From: Hyphomicrobiales bacterium
GTDB lineage: Bacteria; Pseudomonadota; Alphaproteobacteria; Rhizobiales; Beijerinckiaceae
DNA length: 64,000 nt
Assembly (NCBI GenBank): GCA_028869185.1
Contig: JAGWTA010000008.1
Location: 13,601 to 77,600 of the forward strand
Reading direction: 5' to 3'
Shown here: in pieces, positions 18,986 through 27,990 of the stretch
Numbering within the stretch: position 1 is the stretch's first letter
How the letters are laid out: each line of letters opens with the position of its first letter
Notes under the pieces: generated by a model
The model's database searches: none
Told to the model about the DNA's origin: nothing
What the model saw: the letters and a program-made list of their open reading frames with translations, nothing else
Made by a program: the position numbers and the translations under genes

Positions 18986-19769
18986 ACAGCCCTTGCAGGG
19001 AGCGCACGAAACGCTGCAGGCGAAAGCCGTAGCGGACGAAGCGCCATTGAGCGTCGAGGCGATCGTCGAGGCGCCCATCAATATCGTTTATGGCGGCATG
19101 CCCTACGCCGTCATGATGGCGACCCCGGCGGATCTCGAAGATTTCGTCGCGGGCTTCAGCCTGACTGAAGGCGTGATCGAAACACTGGCGCAAATGCGCG
19201 ACCTGCGTTTCGAAGAGACGCAAGACGGCTGGCTTGCCCATGTCGCGATATCGCCCGAAGCCATGCAACGTGTGCTGCGTCGCAAGCGCACATTGGCAGG
19301 CCGGTCGAGCTGCGGACTTTGCGGCGTCGAGTCGCTTGGCGATCTGCCGCGCGCCAAGCCATCCGCACTGAGGACCAAAGTCAGCCCCGAAGCTGTCGTC
19401 GCGGCGCGCGACGCATTGCGCGCCTATCAACCCTTGCATGAAATGACGCGCGCCGCGCATGGCGCCTTCTGGTGTTCCATTGACGGCGAAATCGTTCTGG
19501 CGCGCGAAGACGTCGGTCGGCACAATGCGCTCGACAAGCTGATCGGCGCGGCGGCGCGCGCCGGACAGGAGGCTGCGCGCGGCTTTGTGCTCGTCACCAG
19601 CCGCTGTTCTTACGAGATGGTGGAAAAGGCAGCCGCGTTCGGCGCGCCGCTTCTCGTCGCCCTGTCGGCTCCCACGACGCTGGCGGTCGCGCGCGCGCGC
19701 GAACTTGGCATCGGCTTGATCGCCAATGCGCGCGGTCAGCAATCTGTTTTCGTCGCGCCGGAGGTTTGA
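18960..19769 (+). CDS. fdhD: formate dehydrogenase accessory sulfurtransferase FdhD
   Basis: Cys-loop motif GRSSCGLCG and HNALDKLIG are typical of FdhD/FdsC. It overlaps the fdsA 3' end by 26 nt, so the start is somewhat uncertain. Confidence 0.88.
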   Translation: MLKPLPQSEQPLQGAHETLQAKAVADEAPLSVEAIVEAPINIVYGGMPYAVMMATPADLEDFVAGFSLTEGVIETLAQMRDLRFEETQDGWLAHVAISPEAMQRVLRRKRTLAGRSSCGLCGVESLGDLPRAKPSALRTKVSPEAVVAARDALRAYQPLHEMTRAAHGAFWCSIDGEIVLAREDVGRHNALDKLIGAAARAGQEAARGFVLVTSRCSYEMVEKAAAFGAPLLVALSAPTTLAVARARELGIGLIANARGQQSVFVAPEV

Positions 19770-19770
19770 A

Positions 19771-19995
19771 ATGGCCGAGCATCTCGATCCCGCAAGGCGC
19801 CTCGACCAGCTCATCAAGGGCGTTGCGGATTTTTTCCGCATCTACCCGCAGGATGAGGCCGTCAAGGGCGTTGTAGCGCATATCCGCCAGTTCTGGACGC
19901 CACGCATGCGCGCCGATTTCATCGCGGCAAGTACGCCAAGCGGCGACGCGCTGATCGAACAGGCGCGCGCGTTCATGCGCGACCATTCGGCGTGA
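19771..19995 (+). CDS. fdsD: formate dehydrogenase delta subunit
   Basis: 74-aa protein (MAEHLDPARRLDQLIKGVADFF...) in the last position of the fdsGBACD arrangement. The ATG lies 1 nt after the fdhD stop. Confidence 0.75.
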   Translation: MAEHLDPARRLDQLIKGVADFFRIYPQDEAVKGVVAHIRQFWTPRMRADFIAASTPSGDALIEQARAFMRDHSA

Positions 19996-20007
19996 ACCTC
20001 CAGGCGA

Positions 20008-23000
20008 TCAATGCTCCGTGGCGGCGTTATGCCGTTCCAGCGGCTGTCCATCGTCGCGCAGCACAATGTAGATCGCGGGAATGACGAGAACCGTCAAAGC
20101 GGTCGACGACACAAGGCCGAACACCATCGAAATGGCCAATCCCTGAAAGATCGGATCGGTGAGAATGAAGGCGGCGCCGATGACCGCCGCTGCAGCCGTC
20201 AGGAAGATCGGCTTGAAGCGGATTGCGCCGGCGTCGATCACCGCACGCCGCAAACTGACGCCTTCGGCGCGGCGATGCCGGATGAAGTCGACGAGCAGGA
20301 TCGAATTGCGCACGATAATGCCTGCAAGCGCGATAAATCCGATCATCGATGTGGCCGTGAACGCTGCATTCAGCATCCAATGCCCCGTCAGAATGCCGAT
20401 GAAGGTCAACGGCACCGGCACGAGAATGACCAGCGGCAGCTTGAACGAACCGAACTGACCGACCACGAGCAGATAAATCCCGAGAATAGCGACGATGAAC
20501 GCCGCGCCCATGTCGCGGAAGGTGACATAGGTGACCTCCCATTCGCCGTCCCACAAAAGCGCCGGCTTCGCATCGTCGGTGGGTTGCCCGTGATATTTGA
20601 TCAAGGGCTTCGGCGTCGTCCCGAAATCCATTTTCTGGATCTCGTCTTCAACCGCGAACATGCCGTAGATCGGCGACTCGAACCGGCCCGCGACTTCGCC
20701 CGTGACCATTTCCGCATAACGCCCGTTGTGGCGGAAAATCGGATAGGAGCCGAGTTCCTTGGTAACCGTGACGACGTCGCCGAGCTCGACATTGGCGCCC
20801 TGCCGTGGCGTGCCGCCCGCGGGCAATGGCGTCGAAAGCAGCTTTTCGTTCGGCGTCAAGGAGGCGCGCGGCAACGCCATCGTAATGTCGATCGGTTTTT
20901 CGCCTTCGCCGCCGCGCTGCGAATAGCCGATCTTCACCCCGCCCAGCAGAGCGGCAAGCGTATCGTAAACCGCCTGCTCCTGAACGCCGTGATATTCGAG
21001 CTTTTCCTGATCGATCGAATAGCGAATTCGCTCCGACCGCTGGCCGAAACTGTCATCGACGTCGACGACGAAATCCACGCCTTCGAAAGCCTTGCGCACC
21101 TTGGACGCGATGTCGCGACGCGTCTGCGCATCGGGTCCGTAGATTTCGGCAAGCAAGGTGGAAAGCACCGGCGGGCCGGGCGGAACTTCGACGACCTTCA
21201 ACGAGGAATGTTCGGGCAACGGCAAATCCGCAAGGCGCTTGCGGATATCCAGAGCGATGGCGTGGCTCGCGCGCTTGCGTTCTTCCTTCGGCGTCAGATT
21301 GACCGAAAGATCGCCCATTTCGGGCATCGACCGCACGTAGAAATGCCGGACCAGACCATTGAAATTGAACGGCGCAGCCGTGCCTGCATAACCCTGGATG
21401 GACGTCAGTTCGGGCAAATCGGCAAGACGCGCGGCCGCCGCCGTCAATGTGCGCTCGGTCTGTTCGAGCGAGGCGCCGCGCGGCAAGTCCAGCACCACCT
21501 GAATTTCTGACTTGTTGTCGAAAGGCAAAAGCTTCACGCGCACGCTTTTGGTCGCAAAAAGCGTAAGCGACGCCAGCGTCAGAACGCCCACCACGGCAAG
21601 AAAAATCTTCGACCGGCGGCGCCCTTCCAGGAGCCATTCGGCAACCCGCGTATAGGCGCGGCCCATGGCGCCTGGGTCATTGTGATCATGATCGTCGCCC
21701 TCGCCTGTCTCGAAACGACGATGCGCAATCTTGTACAGCAGCCAGGGCGTGATCGTGACGGCGACGAAAAACGAGAACAGCATCGCCATAGAGGCGTTCG
21801 CCGGAATGGGGCTCATGTAGGGGCCCATCATGCCCGAGACGAACATCATCGGCAGAAGCGCAGCGACAATCGTGAGCGTTGCAATGATCGTCGGATTGCC
21901 GACCTCGGCCACAGCCTCGACGGCCGTGTCGATCAAAGAGCGCGATCCACGCATCTGCCAGTGGCGCACGATGTTTTCGACGACAACGATCGCATCGTCG
22001 ACGAGAATGCCGATCGAAAAAATCAGCGCGAAAAGGCTGACGCGATTGATTGTGTATCCCATGAGCCAGGAGGCGAACATGGTGAGCAGGATCGTCGTGG
22101 GAATAATTACGAAGACGACCGCCCCTTCGCGCCATCCGATGGTCAACGTGATGAGCGCAACGATCGAAACCGTAGCAAGCGCCAGATGGAACAAAAGTTC
22201 GTTGGCTTTCTCGGTCGCCGTCTCGCCATAGTTGCGCGTGACGGTCACCTCGATATCGGAGGGGATGATTTTGCCATGCGCCGTCTTCAGGCGCTGCAGG
22301 ATTTCATGGGCCACCGTCACCGCATTGGCGCCCTTGCGTTTGGCCAAAGCCAGCGACACGGCGGGTCGTTTGTCGAGCCCGTGTTTCTCGTTGGGCGTCA
22401 TCGTCCAGGCGCGCGCATCGACCTCAGCGGCGCCCATTTTCACATCGGCGACATCTTTCAGATAGACGGGGCGCCCGTCGCGGCTCGTCAGGAGCAGCAA
22501 CCCGATATCGGGAACGCCCTGCAACGTCTGACCGGCGACGACTGAATAGGATTTGTCGTTCTGGCGCAGGGATCCAGCCTGAAAGGCCCGATTGGCTTGC
22601 GTCAGCTTGTCGGCGACCTGCGCCAGCGTCATGCCATAAACGGACAGCCGTTCGGGGTCTGGCTCGATCCTGATTTGCCGATCGGCGCCGCCGACGATGT
22701 AAGTCGCGCCGATATTATCCACTTTCGTCAAATCATGCTGCAGTTGCTCCGCAATTTGCAGCAAATCGGAATCGCTCCAGCGCGAGGCCGCTTGCGGCTT
22801 GGCCGCCAGCGTCAGCACCACGGTCGCAACATCGTCGATGCCGCGCCCGACGATCAGGGGCTCCGGCAAGCCTTTGGGCAATTCGACGATATGGGCGCGC
22901 ATTTTTTCGTGCACGCGAAGAATGGCTGTGTCTTCGTCTGTGCCGACAAGGAACCGCGCCGTGACCATGACGCGATCGTCTTGCGTCTGCGAATAGACAT

Positions 23001-23274
23001 GTTCAACGCCGGAGATGCTCTTGACGATGTCTTCCAGCGGTCGCGTCACCAGCTCGACGGCCTGCGCAGCTTTATAGCCGTTCGCCGGAACGATGATGTC
23101 GACCATCGGAACGCTGATCTGCGGCTCTTCCTCGCGCGGAAGGGCGAATAACGCAATCGCGCCGACAATCAGCGACGCAAGCAAAAGCAACGGCGTCAGC
23201 GGAGAGGCGATGAAGGTGCGCGTCAGACGCCCGGATAATCCGAGCGGCTTGGCCTGTGTCTCTGTGTCGCTCAT
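20008..23274 (-). CDS. RND-family efflux transporter, inner-membrane permease
   Basis: 1088 aa. The architecture is AcrB/CzcA-like with 12 TM segments and two large periplasmic loops. It is translationally coupled to the upstream adaptor gene through overlapping stop/start. Confidence 0.9.
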   Translation of the reverse strand: MSDTETQAKPLGLSGRLTRTFIASPLTPLLLLASLIVGAIALFALPREEEPQISVPMVDIIVPANGYKAAQAVELVTRPLEDIVKSISGVEHVYSQTQDDRVMVTARFLVGTDEDTAILRVHEKMRAHIVELPKGLPEPLIVGRGIDDVATVVLTLAAKPQAASRWSDSDLLQIAEQLQHDLTKVDNIGATYIVGGADRQIRIEPDPERLSVYGMTLAQVADKLTQANRAFQAGSLRQNDKSYSVVAGQTLQGVPDIGLLLLTSRDGRPVYLKDVADVKMGAAEVDARAWTMTPNEKHGLDKRPAVSLALAKRKGANAVTVAHEILQRLKTAHGKIIPSDIEVTVTRNYGETATEKANELLFHLALATVSIVALITLTIGWREGAVVFVIIPTTILLTMFASWLMGYTINRVSLFALIFSIGILVDDAIVVVENIVRHWQMRGSRSLIDTAVEAVAEVGNPTIIATLTIVAALLPMMFVSGMMGPYMSPIPANASMAMLFSFFVAVTITPWLLYKIAHRRFETGEGDDHDHNDPGAMGRAYTRVAEWLLEGRRRSKIFLAVVGVLTLASLTLFATKSVRVKLLPFDNKSEIQVVLDLPRGASLEQTERTLTAAAARLADLPELTSIQGYAGTAAPFNFNGLVRHFYVRSMPEMGDLSVNLTPKEERKRASHAIALDIRKRLADLPLPEHSSLKVVEVPPGPPVLSTLLAEIYGPDAQTRRDIASKVRKAFEGVDFVVDVDDSFGQRSERIRYSIDQEKLEYHGVQEQAVYDTLAALLGGVKIGYSQRGGEGEKPIDITMALPRASLTPNEKLLSTPLPAGGTPRQGANVELGDVVTVTKELGSYPIFRHNGRYAEMVTGEVAGRFESPIYGMFAVEDEIQKMDFGTTPKPLIKYHGQPTDDAKPALLWDGEWEVTYVTFRDMGAAFIVAILGIYLLVVGQFGSFKLPLVILVPVPLTFIGILTGHWMLNAAFTATSMIGFIALAGIIVRNSILLVDFIRHRRAEGVSLRRAVIDAGAIRFKPIFLTAAAAVIGAAFILTDPIFQGLAISMVFGLVSSTALTVLVIPAIYIVLRDDGQPLERHNAATEH

Positions 23275-24239
23275 GGCGTTTCGATCACATCGCCGTCTTT
23301 CAGGCCGGACAGAATTTCAACGCCGTCAGGCCCGCTCTCGCCCGGCTGCACGACGACCTCCGCGCCGTCTTTCAACGTGACAAAATTCACGCCCGCGCGA
23401 AGATGAACCGCTTGCGCGGGCACAATAAACGTCCGGCGCTTGCCGGTCGAAACGTAAACGCGCGCGCGCTCGCCGACGAAATAATTGCCAAGGTCAGGCA
23501 CATCGACGTCCGCAACCACGCGACCGCCCTGAATTTCGGGATAAACGAGACGGACGCGTCCGGGTTTCATGTCGCCCGCGCCAGCGCCGGCGCCGCGCGC
23601 GCCGAGCAGCACGGTGTCGCCGGCGCGCATGAATTGCGCATGCCGTTCGGGCAAGGAAAGACGAAGCACATATTTGTCTTCCGCAATCGTTGCGACCGTT
23701 TCGCCCGGCATCAGCACGCGACCGAGCGAAACCGGAACGCTCATCACGCGCCCGGCGCCCGGCGCCAACACGGCGCCTTCGGACGACTGCTGCACAATCA
23801 CGTTGCGATCGGAGCGCATGGCCTGCAATTGCCGGTCGGCGGAAATCAGCCCCGCATTCGCCTGGTCATACATGGCCTGCGTGGTTACGCCCCGACGCAA
23901 CAGCTCCTGCGCGCGATCGAAGTCGAGCTTGGCCTTGTCGCGCTGGGCCTGCTGCGCATTGATGCGCTGATCCATCGCCTGCAACTGAATGGCGAATTTC
24001 GGGTCGACGATGCGCGCAATCTCCTGTCCGTTGGCGACGGTGTCGCCTTCCTTGACAGACAGGCTGACGACCGTGCCCCCGATGCGCGCGCGCGCAATCA
24101 GCTGCTTGACGGGCTCGACCGACGCAACGACAGCCTTGAGATCGTCCACATCGCGTTCGTGAACAATGAAATCGCCCGCTGCGGCAGGCGCCGCAAGGGC
24201 GAGAAAAATTGGCAGAAGCGCCAGACGCATAGGCTTCAT
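23271..24239 (-). CDS. RND efflux periplasmic adaptor (membrane fusion protein)
   Basis: Signal peptide MKPMRLALLPIFLALAAPAAAG, then coiled-coil / lipoyl / beta-barrel MFP-like sequence. Start placed at the ATG at 24239 rather than the ORF-track start at 24356, which runs through the AT-rich promoter. Confidence 0.85.
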   Translation of the reverse strand: MKPMRLALLPIFLALAAPAAAGDFIVHERDVDDLKAVVASVEPVKQLIARARIGGTVVSLSVKEGDTVANGQEIARIVDPKFAIQLQAMDQRINAQQAQRDKAKLDFDRAQELLRRGVTTQAMYDQANAGLISADRQLQAMRSDRNVIVQQSSEGAVLAPGAGRVMSVPVSLGRVLMPGETVATIAEDKYVLRLSLPERHAQFMRAGDTVLLGARGAGAGAGDMKPGRVRLVYPEIQGGRVVADVDVPDLGNYFVGERARVYVSTGKRRTFIVPAQAVHLRAGVNFVTLKDGAEVVVQPGESGPDGVEILSGLKDGDVIETP

Positions 24240-24245
24240 CCTGTT

Positions 24246-24281
24246 TGATATTGACACATATATCATTACATCATAATAATG
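24246..24281. promoter_or_regulatory. candidate ArsR-type operator: two adjacent inverted repeats in the divergent RND/arsR promoter
   Basis: The repeats are TGATAT-N8-ATATCA (24246-24265) and CATTA-N8-TAATG (24264-24281). They lie in the 46-bp AT-rich gap between the MFP start and the arsR start. Confidence 0.45.
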
Positions 24282-24285
24282 CAAT

Positions 24286-24636
24286 ATGAAAAATGACGAA
24301 CTCGCCGCACGCGCGGGCGATGCCGAAACGATGCTCAAAGCGCTTGCCAGCCGCAATCGCCTGATGATCCTGTGCGCTCTTCAGCGGGGCGAGCATTCCG
24401 TCGGCGATCTCTGCGAACGTGTTTCCCTCGGTCAATCGAGCGTTTCGCAGCATCTCGCGCGATTGCGGTCCGACGGCCTGGTGCGCGCGCGCCGCGAGGC
24501 GCAGACAATTCACTACAGCCTCGCCGGCGAACATGTCGTCAGGCTTATGGATTTGCTGCACGAAATGTTTTGCGCTGTGGATTGTCCACACGAAAAAACG
24601 CAGGCGCGACGCGCCCAGGCGGGGAGGACATCATGA
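24286..24636 (+). CDS. ArsR/SmtB-family regulator, YgaV/SqrR/BigR-like
   Basis: The sequence [50 protein letters not shown]...[10 protein letters not shown] has a conserved Cys in ILCAL and C-terminal cysteines in EMFCAVDCP. This resembles the Cys pair of persulfide-sensing members. Confidence 0.85.
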   Translation: MKNDELAARAGDAETMLKALASRNRLMILCALQRGEHSVGDLCERVSLGQSSVSQHLARLRSDGLVRARREAQTIHYSLAGEHVVRLMDLLHEMFCAVDCPHEKTQARRAQAGRTS

Positions 24637-24836
24637 ATATCGACCGTATCGTCATGCGTTTTGCAGGAACGATGATTCTGCTGTCGCTGGCGCTCGCCTA
24701 TTATCGCAGTCCCAATTGGCTGTGGTTCACGGCCTTTGTCGGCGCCAATCTTCTGCAGTCGTCTTTCACAGGCTTCTGCCCGCTGGCGATGATCCTCAAA
24801 CGCTTCGGCGTCAACGCAGGCTGCGCCTTCAACTGA
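24633..24836 (+). CDS. DUF2892 (YgaP C-terminal-like) small two-TM membrane protein
   Basis: [59 protein letters not shown] matches the DUF2892 pattern. The ATG overlaps the arsR stop (ATGA) and is preceded by GGGGAGGA. Confidence 0.8.
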   Translation: MNIDRIVMRFAGTMILLSLALAYYRSPNWLWFTAFVGANLLQSSFTGFCPLAMILKRFGVNAGCAFN

Positions 24837-24927
24837 ACGCAGCCGGGCGGAAACGCAAAATGCGCGACAACGGAACGCGGCCCTTCCCGGGCCGCATCGC
24901 ATGACATCGCGTCTTTGATTTTTCCGA

Positions 24928-25003
<76 letters not shown>

Positions 25004-25066
25004 ATCGGAGGCGGCGGGATAGCAAAGCCTGTCCCGCCTGTCCAGCCCCTCTTGAAAATGAGCGCC

Positions 25067-26638
25067 TCAGGCGCGCATTTCTTCCGGCTTGCCGCGCCCG
25101 CGCTTGACCATCAGCTTGTTCATGGCCGCAACATAGGCGCGCGCCGAGGCGACCAGCGTGTCGGGATCGGCCCCCTTGGCGGTAACGGACTTGCCGCCTT
25201 CCGAAAGGCGCACGGAAACCTCCGCCTGCGCGTCAGTTCCCCCCGTCACGGCGTGGACCTGGTAGAGCTCCAGCAGGGCCTCGTGCGGCACCAGCGCGCG
25301 CACGGCGTTGAAAATCGCATCCACGGGGCCATTGCCGGTCGCCTGATGGGTCTTCTTTTCGCCGTCGATCTCGAGCGTCAGCGCCGCCGATTGCGGGCCA
25401 TTGGTGCCAGCGATCACGGTAAGACCGACAACCTTGATCCGGTCATTGGCGTTGACGATCTCGTCGTCCACCAGCGCAGCAATGTCTTCGTCGTAGACGA
25501 ACTTCTTGCGGTCGGCGAGGTCCTTGAACCGGCGGAACGCGTCGTTCAGCGCATTTTCGCCGAGCTCGTAACCGAGATCTTTCAGTTTTTCCTTGAACGC
25601 ATGCCGTCCCGAATGCTTGCCCATGACGAGCGACGTCTTGGTCACGCCAACGCTTTCGGGCGTCATGATCTCGTAGGTTTGCGCATTCTTCAGCATGCCG
25701 TCCTGATGGATGCCGCTCTCGTGCGCGAAGGCGTTCTGGCCGACGATCGCCTTGTTGTATTGCACGGGAAAGCTGGTGACCGCCGAAACGAGCCGCGAGG
25801 CGCGCGTCAGCATCGTGGTCTCGATTCTGTTGTGGAAAGGCAGGATATCCGCGCGGGTCTTCAACGCCATCACGACCTCCTCGAGCGCCGCGTTGCCCGC
25901 GCGCTCGCCGATGCCGTTGATTGTGCATTCGATCTGGCGCGCGCCGCCGCGCACGCCCGCCAGCGTATTGGCGACGGCGAGGCCGAGGTCGTTATGGCAA
26001 TGGACCGAGAAAATCGCCTTGTCGGAATTGGGAACGGTTTCGCGCACGCGACGGAACAGCGTCTCGTATTCTTCCGGCGTCGTGTAACCGACCGTGTCGG
26101 GAATGTTGATCGTCGTCGCGCCCGCGCGAATGGCCGCCTCGACGCAGCGGCACAGGAAATCGAATTCCGTGCGAGTGCCGTCTTCCGCCGACCATTCGAC
26201 GTCGCCGACATGATTGCGCGCGCGCGTCACCTGCTGGGTGACGAGTTCGAGCACTTCATGCGGCTCTTTTTGCAATTTCCACTTCATGTGCACAGGCGAT
26301 GTGGAAATGAACGTGTGGATGCGCGGCTTGCGCGCATGTTTCACAGCCGCCGCACAGCGGTCGATATCGTTGGGCGCAGCGCGCGACAGGCCGCACACGG
26401 ATGCATTCTTGATGCGTCGTGCGATCTCGCTGACGGATTCGAAATCGCCCTCGGAAGCGATCGGAAAACCGGCCTCAATGATGTCGACGCCCATCGCATC
26501 GAGCAAGTCGGCGACTTCCAGCTTCTCCTCGAAAGTCATCGAGGCGCCGGGCGACTGCTCGCCATCGCGCAACGTCGTGTCGAAAATCAGAACGCGGTCC
26601 TTGTTGGAGGCGTTGTCGGGTTGAACTTGATCTGTCAT
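25067..26638 (-). CDS. leuA: 2-isopropylmalate synthase
   Basis: LIFDTTLRDGEQSPG and HCHNDLGLAVANTLAG, plus a C-terminal LeuA dimerisation/regulatory domain. Start at the ATG at 26638 (MTDQVQPD...). The 800-aa ORF-track entry is a stop-free upstream extension. Confidence 0.95.
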   Translation of the reverse strand: MTDQVQPDNASNKDRVLIFDTTLRDGEQSPGASMTFEEKLEVADLLDAMGVDIIEAGFPIASEGDFESVSEIARRIKNASVCGLSRAAPNDIDRCAAAVKHARKPRIHTFISTSPVHMKWKLQKEPHEVLELVTQQVTRARNHVGDVEWSAEDGTRTEFDFLCRCVEAAIRAGATTINIPDTVGYTTPEEYETLFRRVRETVPNSDKAIFSVHCHNDLGLAVANTLAGVRGGARQIECTINGIGERAGNAALEEVVMALKTRADILPFHNRIETTMLTRASRLVSAVTSFPVQYNKAIVGQNAFAHESGIHQDGMLKNAQTYEIMTPESVGVTKTSLVMGKHSGRHAFKEKLKDLGYELGENALNDAFRRFKDLADRKKFVYDEDIAALVDDEIVNANDRIKVVGLTVIAGTNGPQSAALTLEIDGEKKTHQATGNGPVDAIFNAVRALVPHEALLELYQVHAVTGGTDAQAEVSVRLSEGGKSVTAKGADPDTLVASARAYVAAMNKLMVKRGRGKPEEMRA

Positions 26639-26950
26639 GGCTCTGGCGCCCTGGAAAATATCGTGCGGAAAGCCGGCGCGAGACTGAAGCCGGCGGCGGT
26701 GCGAACCCCTCAGCGCCCAGGCAAAGCCCAGCCGGCGCTCAGGGGCGGCTAAGAAGCAGAAGGCCCGGGAGGATGGCGCGCGACGCCGACCGGGCGGCGC
26801 GCCCGGCTGCATTCTGCGTCTGAGCGGCGAAAGGCGCCACGTCGCATCCCCATCCGCCGCGAAAATGCGGCATTCGCCACTCATACTCCAGGACAGGCCG
26901 GGGCGGCAAGTCTCGCTAAATGTCGCAGAATGCGCCCGAAGGAGCCTTTC

Positions 26951-27388
26951 ATGAGCACGATCAAACTTCACCACGTTTTCGCAGCGCCCCCCGAGCGCGT
27001 CTATCGGGCTTTCACCGATCCTGACGCGATGGTGAAATGGCTGCCGCCGAACGGTTTCACCGGCAAGGTTCATCAGCAGGACCTGAAAGTGGGCGGCTCT
27101 TACAAAATGTCGTTCACCAATCTCGCAAATGGGGAATCCCACGGTTTTGGCGGCAAATATCTCGAACTGGAGCCCGGCAAGCGCTTTCGCCACACCGACG
27201 TGTTCGACGATCCGAACCTGCCAGGCGAAATGGTGGTGACGGTCGAATTCGCCCCGGCTGTCGTCGGCACGGAGGTGCGCATCACCCAGGAAAACGTGCC
27301 GGACGCGATTCCGGAAGCGGCCTGTTACCTTGGCTGGCGACAATCGCTCAATCTGCTGGCGCAACTGGTCGAAGCCGACCCGGGCTGA
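26951..27388 (+). CDS. SRPBCC-superfamily (AHSA1/START-like) protein
   Basis: MSTIKLHHVFAAPPERVYRAFTDPDAMVKWLPPNGF is a typical Aha1/SRPBCC N-terminus. AAGGAG precedes the ATG at 26951. Confidence 0.75.
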   Translation: MSTIKLHHVFAAPPERVYRAFTDPDAMVKWLPPNGFTGKVHQQDLKVGGSYKMSFTNLANGESHGFGGKYLELEPGKRFRHTDVFDDPNLPGEMVVTVEFAPAVVGTEVRITQENVPDAIPEAACYLGWRQSLNLLAQLVEADPG

Positions 27389-27543
27389 GGCCTTCACCGG
27401 TCGATTGTTGCGCCCAAAGCCCTGTCGCGTTTTTTCCGCTCGCGCAAGCGCCGCGCAGCTTGGGGCCATTCAGCATGCCGTGGACGCACTCTTGCGGCCT
27501 GCTGCGCCATCGGCCAGCCTGCGTCTCTGACAGGAGACGCAAA

Positions 27544-27990
27544 ATGGAAATCGAACAACCGCCCGCAGGATGGACGCCTTCCAGCGTCGGGGGCGAGTTT
27601 ATGGAGCGCAACGGCCCGCTCTACTGGAAAATGACCGACGACGGTCTCCTCGTCGGACTACGGATCGAAAAGCGCCATTGCAATCCGCGCGGCGTTTTGC
27701 ACGGCGGAATGCTGATGACTTTCGCAGACATGCTGATGCCGATGGCTGGACACGCCCATCCCGACATCGGTCGGCGTTTTTTGCCAACCATCACGCTCTC
27801 GACTGATTTCCTCAGCCCCGCCCCGCTCGGCGCCTGGCTTCAGGGTCAGGCGCGCGTATTGAGGGTGACGCGCAATATGGTTTTTGCAGAAGGGCTGATT
27901 CACGCTGACGCGACGCTGGTCGCACGCGTCAACGGCATTTTCAAATTGGGCGAGCCGCTCGCCAAACTGCGCGGCGACGCCGATCGATGA
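27544..27990 (+). CDS. PaaI-family (hotdog) thioesterase
   Basis: The sequence NPRGVLHGGMLMTFADMLM fits the family. ATG at 27544. The stop overlaps the pdxY ATG (ATGA). Confidence 0.75.
   Translation: MEIEQPPAGWTPSSVGGEFMERNGPLYWKMTDDGLLVGLRIEKRHCNPRGVLHGGMLMTFADMLMPMAGHAHPDIGRRFLPTITLSTDFLSPAPLGAWLQGQARVLRVTRNMVFAEGLIHADATLVARVNGIFKLGEPLAKLRGDADR

Noticed and set aside
25052-26752. Very long ORFs antisense to, or frame-shifted over, well-supported genes. Examples: 25052-26752(+) over leuA, 47578-49461(-) over uvrD, 60607-62781(+) over ftsZ, 31648-33243(-) over degP, 12572-13909(-) over lysR, 16067-17092(-) over fdsA, 40835-42013(+) over asmA.
   Set aside because: Their translations are Arg/Ala/Gly/Pro-rich low-complexity strings with no motifs. 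They exactly shadow genes with strong family signatures. Stop-poor alternative frames are expected in GC-rich DNA, so there is no need to invoke overlapping genes.
26639-27469. The 800-aa ORF-track version of leuA, with an N-terminal extension of about 277 aa.
   Set aside because: The extension overlaps the opposite-strand SRPBCC gene and has junk-like composition. The canonical LeuA N-terminus (MTDQV...LIFDTTLRDGEQSPG) starts at the ATG at 26638.
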